Shown in pieces: positions 57,007 to 64,000 of a stretch of DNA of 64,000 nt; position 1 is the first letter of the stretch; each line of letters begins with the position of its first letter. The notes under the pieces are model-generated. The model was not told the origin of the DNA. It did not search any database and saw only the letters and a list, made by a program, of their open reading frames with translations. The stretch spans positions 163,884 through 227,883 of the forward strand of contig CASFSS010000018.1 in assembly GCA_949297445.1 (NCBI GenBank), in the 5' to 3' direction. This DNA is from an uncultured bacterium (GTDB lineage Bacteria > Bacillota_I > Bacilli_A > RFN20 > CAG-826). The position numbers were made by a program, and so were the translations under genes.

Positions 57007-58185
57007 TTGACACACAACCTTATTTTTTTGCTACTTAAAAGTGTGAAAAAATTTGTTTGTCCCCTTTGTCATACCAGTGATTTACGTTATATTGGATTAA
57101 AAAACGGACAACCATATTGCCGTCGGTGCATTTCCTTTGCTGAATCAGATGTCAAGTTGCCAAATATTGAGCAAAAGTCGGAGGCTCCTTCCTTAAATTA
57201 TTGTTTGAGCCAAGAACAGGAGAAAATTTCTAATCAAATTGTCGAAAACTATAAAAATAAGGTTAATACTTTTGTTCATGCTGTTTGTGGCGCTGGCAAA
57301 ACTGAACTCGTTTATGGCGTTATCGCATATGCATTAAGCATTGGTAATAACGTTGCCTTTACTATCCCTAGACGCGATGTAGTCGTTGAATTATATCAAA
57401 GGCTAAAATCGGCTTTTCCTAATCGAAAAGTAACTGCTATTTATGCTGGCCATAACGATGAATTAATTGGAGAGATTATTGTTTTAACAACCCATCAACT
57501 ATATCGCTATGAAAAGCAATTCGATTTAGTTATATTTGATGAGATCGATGCCTTTCCCTACAAAAATAACAATCTTTTAGAAACGATGTTTTATCGATCC
57601 TTGCGTGGCAACTTTGTTATGATGTCGGCTACAATTGACGAAATTACTATACGACAATTTCAACAAAAAAATCATTCAATAATAACTTTAAATACTCGTT
57701 ATCATCGTCATCCATTACCGGTTCCAAAAATTGAAATATATTTTTCAAAAACTAAACTTTATAGACTTATATACTTATTGAAAAAATATCAAAAATTAAA
57801 TAAACCAGTTTTCGTATTTGCGCCTACCATTTCTATAGTTGAGGAAATTTATCGCTTTATTAAATACTTTGTGAAAAATGGCGCATTTGTCCATTCAAAA
57901 TGCTTAAAAAGACCGCAAATCATTGATGATTTTAAAAAAAGCAAATATAAATTTTTAATAACAACAGCAGTTTTAGAACGCGGTGTCACTGTCGCTAACT
58001 TGCAAGTAATCGTTTATGATGCTGACCATAATTTATATACAAAAGAAGCTCTAATACAAATAAGTGGAAGAGTAGGCAGAAAAAAAGAATGTCCAAGCGG
58101 AGACATAATTTTTTTGGCTGACAAGGTTACTAAGAGCATGGAAGAGGCAATTGATGAAATTAAAGGACGAAACTTATTTTTGTAA
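57007..58185 (+). CDS. comFA: ComFA-like DEAD/DEAH-box helicase (competence)
   Basis: N-terminal Cys4 finger followed by Walker A AVCGAGKTE and a DEID box (FDEID). The start codon is uncertain. Confidence 0.7.
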   Translation: MTHNLIFLLLKSVKKFVCPLCHTSDLRYIGLKNGQPYCRRCISFAESDVKLPNIEQKSEAPSLNYCLSQEQEKISNQIVENYKNKVNTFVHAVCGAGKTELVYGVIAYALSIGNNVAFTIPRRDVVVELYQRLKSAFPNRKVTAIYAGHNDELIGEIIVLTTHQLYRYEKQFDLVIFDEIDAFPYKNNNLLETMFYRSLRGNFVMMSATIDEITIRQFQQKNHSIITLNTRYHRHPLPVPKIEIYFSKTKLYRLIYLLKKYQKLNKPVFVFAPTISIVEEIYRFIKYFVKNGAFVHSKCLKRPQIIDDFKKSKYKFLITTAVLERGVTVANLQVIVYDADHNLYTKEALIQISGRVGRKKECPSGDIIFLADKVTKSMEEAIDEIKGRNLFL

Positions 58186-58789
58186 AACTTGTTTTAAAGA
58201 AATCAAGGAAATTAGCCTGCATAGTATTTTGTATAAAAGAAAGTATATATGCCGAGCTTGCTTTCAAAATTTAACGCCTGTTTTTTGCAATTTTAAGATT
58301 GCTGGTAAAAGTGCCTTAGCAATTTATGAATATACAGATTTTATTAAGGAAAAAATATATCTATTAAAAGGGGCTGGTGATATCGAAATTGCAACAATTT
58401 TTTTGGATTATTATCGTTGGTATATAAAATTAAAGTATTTAGGATATTACATAATTGGTGGTCCTTCTTCTCCGAGTAAAATCAATGAACGAGGTTTCGA
58501 ACAAAATGAAATGATTTTTAATTTTTTTAATATAAAAGTGCACCATCATTTCGAAAAAGTTATTGATTTTAAGCAATCTGATTTAAAAAAAGAAGAAAGA
58601 AATAAAATTATCGATAAATTAAAATTAGTGGATATTGAAAACATCTTAAGACATCGAAAAATTCTTCTTGTTGATGATATTTTTACAACTGGTTCGACCA
58701 TACAAGCGATGATTAAATTGCTTGAAAATATTGGAAAGTTTAAAATTAAAGTTTTAGTACTGTCGATAGTAAAAAAACATACCACATAA
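58151..58789 (+). CDS. comFC: ComFC phosphoribosyltransferase-domain competence protein
   Basis: N-terminal Cys4 finger and the PRTase motif LLVDDIFTTGST. Confidence 0.75.
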   Translation: MMKLKDETYFCKTCFKEIKEISLHSILYKRKYICRACFQNLTPVFCNFKIAGKSALAIYEYTDFIKEKIYLLKGAGDIEIATIFLDYYRWYIKLKYLGYYIIGGPSSPSKINERGFEQNEMIFNFFNIKVHHHFEKVIDFKQSDLKKEERNKIIDKLKLVDIENILRHRKILLVDDIFTTGSTIQAMIKLLENIGKFKIKVLVLSIVKKHTT

Positions 58790-59003
58790 TATATGAATTA
58801 TTTCTTTTGAAAATATTTTATGTGACACATTAAAATTAGAAATGACTAATTAAAAGGTGATGCAAATTTTCTTAAAAAGTTTATTATTCATTAATTGACT
58901 AGTTGCTCGAAAATTTATAACATTAGTGAAGTGAATAATATTCAGTTGGTAATGGACTATCAATTGGGACCTTGCCACTTACTTATTTGCTAAGAGGTAA
59001 TAT

Positions 59004-61430
59004 ATGGCAAATTTCATCGAAAAATTATTCCGTTTTGACGAACGGGCGATAAGCAAATATTCTAGGGAAGCTGATCGTGTTATAGCTTTTGAAAAAGAGA
59101 TGGCTGCTTGCTCGGATGATGAGTTAAAAGAAAAGACAGCATTTTTTCGAGATATGTTAAAAAACGGTGCTTCTTTGGAGGACATAAAGTACGAAGCATT
59201 CGCAGTCGCTAGAGAAGCGGCGCGTCGAACATTAGGACAATTCCCTTTTAAAGTGCAGATTATGGGCGCTTTAATTTTGCATGACGGCGATGTAGCTGAA
59301 ATGAAAACCGGTGAAGGAAAAACTTTGACAGCAACTATGGCCGTTTATTTAAATGCGTTGTCCGGTGATGGTGTGCATGTGGTTACTGTCAACGAATATT
59401 TGGCACAACGTGACGCGGATTGGATGGGTCAAATTTATCGATTTTTAGGATTGACCGTCGGTTGTAATCTTCACGATTTGACAACGGCCGAAAAACAAGC
59501 CGCCCATCTTTGTGACATAACATATACAACAAACTCAGAATTAGGCTTTGATTATTTAAGAGACAATATGGCTAAAAGCGCTAAGGCGCGTGTTTTGCGC
59601 GGACTTAACTTCGCTATTGTCGACGAAGCAGACTCGATTTTAATTGATGACTCACGAACACCATTAATCATTTCTGGTGGTGCAAGGGCCAGCGCCAGCC
59701 AATATACTGTCGCCGATCGTTTTGTTAAAACTTTAAAAAAAGACCGCGATTTTGATATTGATATCAAAACCAAGTCTTGTTCTTTAACTGACGAAGGTAA
59801 TATGAAGGCCGAAAGAATGTTCGGCATTCGCAATTTATACGATCCTGAATATCAAGATTTGGTGCATAGAATACATCAAGCTCTCAAAGCAAACTACATC
59901 ATGACGCGCGATGTCGAATATATGGTGGATCAAAATCATGAAATTCAATTGATTGACCAAAATACCGGCCGAATTTTAAAAGGTCGTGAATATAGCGATG
60001 GTCTTCAACAAGCCATTCAGGCAAAAGAGAATGTTGAAATCAAACAAGAAACCATTACAATGGCGACCATTACTTACCAAAACTTCTTCCGCTTGTTCAA
60101 GAAATTAGCTGGTATGACGGGTACTGCCAAAACTGAAGAAGAAGAATTTCAAAAGATTTACAATATGCGCGTGCGTTGTGTTCCGCCGAATAAACCAGTT
60201 ATTCGTATCGACGCGACGGATTATATATATGCCCATAAAGCTCCTAAATTAGCTGCTCTTGTTGAAGAAGTCAAAGAACGCCATAGTGTTGGTCAGCCAA
60301 TTTTAATTGGTACGATTTCTGTCGAATCGAGCGAGGAAGTGTCTAAACTGTTAAAAGATGCTGGCTTGCCACATGAAGTTTTAAACGCAAAGAACCATGC
60401 TCGCGAAGCTGAAATTATTGCTTTAGCGGGTAAAAAGAACGCCATCACGATTGCAACGAACATGGCTGGTCGTGGTACCGATATTAAAATCGATGAAGAA
60501 GTACGCGCCTTGGGCGGCTTATGTGTTCTAGGAACAGAACGCCATGAATCGCGACGAATCGACAATCAATTGCGGGGACGAAGTGGACGACAAGGAGACC
60601 CGGGTTTTTCTAGATTTTACGTTTCTTTTGACGATGATTTATTAAAGCGTTTTGCTGCGGAAGGCGTTCAAAAGCAAATTGAAAAAATGGGTGGCGATGG
60701 TGCGCTTGAAAGCAAGATGTTCAGTGCAGTTATTACCAACGCTCAAAAACAAATTGAAGGACAAAACTTTGATGTTCGTAAAAATTTACTCGACTATGAC
60801 GATGTTATAGCCAAACAAAGAGAAGCCATTTACGATAAGCGAGATGCTATTATCTTCGCACCCGATATTAACGATTTAATAGTTGAATTTTTCTCAACTG
60901 CTGGATATGTTCTAGCTAGAAGAGCAGTCCCAACCGATTCTCATGATGGATTAATCGATGGTGAAGCATTGCGAAAAATACTTGAGCCTCGTTTTATGAA
61001 AGAAGGTTCTTTTAAGGCCGCCGCATATAACGAAGCCCCTTACGAGGAAGCAGGACAAGATTTGGGCGATGTTTTATATGACCTCTATTTATTAAGACGG
61101 AAAAGTTGGCCGCAAGAATTGGTAAATCAAATTGAAAGAGAAATTGCGTTACAAACAATTGATCAAAACTGGACTAAGCAAATCGATACGATGGCAAGAT
61201 TGCGCGAAGGTATTCACCTTCGAAGCTATGCAAATACTAATCCGCTGCAAGATTATGTCAATGAAGGACATCAATTGTTCAAAGAGATGTTAGAAACAAT
61301 CTCTGTCGATGCGGCATTTAAATTTTTAAATGTGATTATTCGTGTCAATAAGCCTGACGAAACTAAAAATAATCCAGTTGAACAAAACGGCACGTCAAAT
61401 GCAGATGATGCCAAAAAGGAAAAGGAATAA
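59004..61430 (+). CDS. secA: Preprotein translocase ATPase SecA (lacks C-terminal zinc-binding tail)
   Basis: Walker A MKTGEGKTL, DEAD-like VDEADSILID and an IRA region. Confidence 0.95.
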   Translation: MANFIEKLFRFDERAISKYSREADRVIAFEKEMAACSDDELKEKTAFFRDMLKNGASLEDIKYEAFAVAREAARRTLGQFPFKVQIMGALILHDGDVAEMKTGEGKTLTATMAVYLNALSGDGVHVVTVNEYLAQRDADWMGQIYRFLGLTVGCNLHDLTTAEKQAAHLCDITYTTNSELGFDYLRDNMAKSAKARVLRGLNFAIVDEADSILIDDSRTPLIISGGARASASQYTVADRFVKTLKKDRDFDIDIKTKSCSLTDEGNMKAERMFGIRNLYDPEYQDLVHRIHQALKANYIMTRDVEYMVDQNHEIQLIDQNTGRILKGREYSDGLQQAIQAKENVEIKQETITMATITYQNFFRLFKKLAGMTGTAKTEEEEFQKIYNMRVRCVPPNKPVIRIDATDYIYAHKAPKLAALVEEVKERHSVGQPILIGTISVESSEEVSKLLKDAGLPHEVLNAKNHAREAEIIALAGKKNAITIATNMAGRGTDIKIDEEVRALGGLCVLGTERHESRRIDNQLRGRSGRQGDPGFSRFYVSFDDDLLKRFAAEGVQKQIEKMGGDGALESKMFSAVITNAQKQIEGQNFDVRKNLLDYDDVIAKQREAIYDKRDAIIFAPDINDLIVEFFSTAGYVLARRAVPTDSHDGLIDGEALRKILEPRFMKEGSFKAAAYNEAPYEEAGQDLGDVLYDLYLLRRKSWPQELVNQIEREIALQTIDQNWTKQIDTMARLREGIHLRSYANTNPLQDYVNEGHQLFKEMLETISVDAAFKFLNVIIRVNKPDETKNNPVEQNGTSNADDAKKEKE

Positions 61431-62546
61431 TGAAAGAGCTTCAAGAAATCAAATTAGAGTTTCAAGAACTAACTGAAATGGTTTATCGGCTCGGTGACTC
61501 TCTTTGACCTCACTTTTTTAGACAAAAAAATAACCGAATTAGATAAAGAACAAAACACAGATGGTTTTTGGAATGACCAAAAAAAGGCTTTGGCCATTAT
61601 TGAAAAATATAATGATGCTAAAGAAGAGCGTGATACATATTTAGAAATCACCAAAAATCATAAAGACATTAATGATTTATTATTCGCCACAGCAAGCGAC
61701 GATGAAGATATGTTGAATCTTCTTGATGAGATGATTGCTGACTTAACGAAAACAGTTAAAACGTTTCGCACAAAATTGCTTTTTAAAGGCGAATACGATA
61801 ATTCAAATGTCATTTTAGAAATTCATCCAGGAGCTGGTGGCACTGAATCGCACGACTGGGCGGACATGCTTTATAGAATGTACGTGCGATACGCGCAAAG
61901 AAACCATTTTAAGATGCGCGTATTAGACTATCAAGAAGGCGAAGAAGCCGGTCTTAAAAGCGTCACATTAGAAATTGATGGCAAGCATGCTTATGGACTA
62001 TTGAAAAGCGAAAAAGGTGTTCATCGCCTAGTTAGGATATCCCCTTTCGATGCTAATAAGCGCCGTCACACATCGTTTGCTTCTGTCAATATCACGCCTG
62101 TTTTTGATGACGATATAAAGATTGAAATAAATGAAAAGGATTTAAGAATTGATACTTACCGTAGTAGTGGAGCGGGCGGCCAAAATGTCAACAAAGTTGA
62201 ATCGGCAGTACGCATTACTCATATTCCAACCGGTATTGTTACTTCGTGCCAAGTAGAAAGATCTCAATCGCTAAATAAAGAGACAGCGATGAAAATGCTT
62301 TATTCAAAATTATATCAACTAGAAATTGCCAAAAACGATGAAAAGTTAAAAGGAATCGTTGGCGAGCAAAAAGAAAATGAATGGGGCAGTCAAATTCGTT
62401 CCTATGTTTTTTGTCCGTATACAATGGTTAAAGACAATCGTACTAACTATTCGACAAGCGATGTTTTAGCGGTGATGGACGGGGATATCGATGGTTTCAT
62501 TTACGCTTATTTAGATATGCTTTCTAGAAACGCTGAACTTAGTTAA
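61430..62546 (+). CDS. prfB: Peptide chain release factor 2, requiring programmed +1 frameshift at 61502-61508
   Basis: The frame-0 [28 protein letters not shown] ends at CTT TGA C (61502-61508). The +1 frame continues DLTFLDKK... to 62546 and carries the RF2 SPF and GGQ motifs. An SD-like GGTGA lies upstream. ATG overlaps the secA stop. Confidence 0.9.
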
Positions 62547-62571
62547 ATATTATGTTTTTGCGGAGTTATTA

Positions 62572-64000
62572 GTGAAAAAAATGGACAAACATCGCTTTGA
62601 ATTAGTATCGCCATTTAAGCCGACTGGGGATCAACCAGAGGCTATCCAAGCATTGACCGATGGAATAATGCACGGAGAAAAATTTCAAGTACTTTTAGGC
62701 GCTACTGGCACGGGCAAAACTTTCACAATTGGCAATGTTATTGAACGAGTTCAAAAACCTACATTAGTCCTAGTTCATAACAAGACTTTAGCGGGCCAAT
62801 TATATGCCGAATTTAAAGAACTATTTCCACATAATCGTGTTGAATATTTTGTTTCTAATTTTGATTTTTATCAGCCGGAAGCTTATTTGCCAAAAACTGA
62901 TACCTATATCGAAAAAAGCGCTTTGATGAATGAAGAAATTGAAATGTTACGCACAAGCGCAATTAATTCATTAATTGAAAGAAATGATACCATAGTGGTC
63001 GCTTCAGTAGCCTCAATTTATGGATTAATTGATCCTGACGAATATCGTAACTTAGTTTTTGATGTTCGTGTTGATGAAACATTAGATAGAAAATTGTTTT
63101 TCGCTCGTCTTATTGACGCGCAATATAAGCGTAACAATTTGGAATTAAAGGCTGGCACTTTTCGCGTTCGTGGCGATGTGATTGAAATAATGCCTCCTAA
63201 TACTAATGAAATCATCATTAGGATAGATACGTTTGGTGATTTGGTGGAATCAATTGATGAAATTGATGCTTTAACTGGACAAGTTAAAAATCGTTATAAA
63301 ACCTATCCGTTCTTTCCGGCGTATGATCATGCCTCGACTAGAAAAAGAATTGAAGAAGCTGTCAAGACAATCAAAGAAGAATTAGCGATACGTCTCAAAT
63401 ATTTTCATGATGAGGAAAAGTATCTAGAGGAAGAAAGGCTTAAGATGCGCACGGAGCAAGATATTGAAAGTATGTTGGAATTTGGTATTTGTCCTGGCAT
63501 AGAGAATTATTCGCGCCACATCGATAAAAGAAAGCAGGGCGAAAGACCATTTTGTTTAATTGATTATTTTCCAAAAGATTTTTTGCTAGTCATTGATGAG
63601 TCGCACGTTACATTGCCACAAATTAGAGGAATGTATAATGGCGATAGGTCGAGAAAACTTACGCTTGTAGAATATGGTTTTCGCTTACCAAGCGCGCTAG
63701 ACAATCGACCATTAAATTTTGAAGAATTTGAATCTCTTATGCCGACGGTTATTACCACATCGGCGACACCAGGCGATTACGAAATAGAAAAATCTCATGG
63801 ACATGTGGTGGAACAAATCATTCGACCGACAGGTTTGCTGGATCCAAAAATTATTGTTAAAAGTAGTTTTGGGCAAATTGATGATTTGCGGAATGAAATA
63901 ACTAAGCGCATCGATAATAATGAGCGAACGATGGTTGTTACTTTGACAATTAAAATGGCTGAAGACCTAACGCGGTATTTGAAAGAAAAAGGTTATAAGG
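62572..64000 (+). CDS. uvrB: Excinuclease ABC subunit B (partial, continues past window end)
   Basis: Reads MKKMDKHRFELVSPFKPTGDQPEAI and carries Walker A GATGTGKTFT. It has no stop before 64000 and is therefore absent from the ORF track. Confidence 0.9.
   Translation, partial: MKKMDKHRFELVSPFKPTGDQPEAIQALTDGIMHGEKFQVLLGATGTGKTFTIGNVIERVQKPTLVLVHNKTLAGQLYAEFKELFPHNRVEYFVSNFDFYQPEAYLPKTDTYIEKSALMNEEIEMLRTSAINSLIERNDTIVVASVASIYGLIDPDEYRNLVFDVRVDETLDRKLFFARLIDAQYKRNNLELKAGTFRVRGDVIEIMPPNTNEIIIRIDTFGDLVESIDEIDALTGQVKNRYKTYPFFPAYDHASTRKRIEEAVKTIKEELAIRLKYFHDEEKYLEEERLKMRTEQDIESMLEFGICPGIENYSRHIDKRKQGERPFCLIDYFPKDFLLVIDESHVTLPQIRGMYNGDRSRKLTLVEYGFRLPSALDNRPLNFEEFESLMPTVITTSATPGDYEIEKSHGHVVEQIIRPTGLLDPKIIVKSSFGQIDDLRNEITKRIDNNERTMVVTLTIKMAEDLTRYLKEKGYK

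Noticed and set aside
1-64000. CRISPR arrays, tRNA genes, rRNA, transposases, integrases, phage genes
   Set aside because: I found no repeated 25-40 bp units with unique spacers and no GTTCGAATC-type T-loop or cloverleaf candidates. I saw no recognisable recombinase motifs. The window looks like core chromosome.

Overview
This window is the origin-proximal core chromosome of a low-GC (about one-third GC), tightly packed Firmicutes/Tenericutes-like bacterium. The bacterium uses the standard code: prfB carries the classic CUU-UGA-C +1 frameshift and long ORFs read through with UGA as stop. Gene order resembles the Bacillus origin region. On the minus strand, rpmH-rnpA-lipoprotein is followed by an AT-rich DnaA-box cluster (oriC). 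On the plus strand sit dnaA-dnaN-yaaA-recF-gyrB-gyrA, a GT4-like gene, serS, an unannotated small SRP RNA, tadA, a P-type ATPase, psuG, a TetR regulator, an Fe-ADH and a membrane protein. An XRE regulator and an atypical long MscL lie on the minus strand. Next come degV, a hypothetical, rpmE, an endonuclease-I-like lipoprotein and metG. These are followed by a compact roughly 7.9 kb operon: rex-adhE, a thioredoxin-like [2Fe-2S] protein, a PAS-containing sensory [FeFe]-hydrogenase (HydS/HfsB-like), a PP2C phosphatase and a catalytic [FeFe]-hydrogenase. This operon is the most interesting system in the window and is a putative H2/redox-sensing control module for ethanol fermentation. Further on are a convergent DUF3810 HExxH membrane protein and an SDR epimerase, then a G12 homopolymer in a promoter spacer upstream of a zinc-ribbon membrane protein (a candidate phase-variation switch). 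An esterase follows, then a fused arginine decarboxylase-agmatine deiminase gene plus aguB (a complete putrescine route), patatin and an RluA-family pseudouridine synthase. A DUF1538 internally duplicated membrane protein with two PII-like proteins comes next, then yfhO. A head-on (minus-strand) block holds dnaX-ybaB-recR-tmk-holB-ricT-rsmI. The window ends with prfA-prmC-tsaC-rpiB, comFA-comFC, secA, prfB (frameshifted) and partial uvrB. I recognised no rRNA, tRNA, CRISPR, transposase, integrase or phage genes. All assignments come from motifs read in the translations; nothing was searched against databases.
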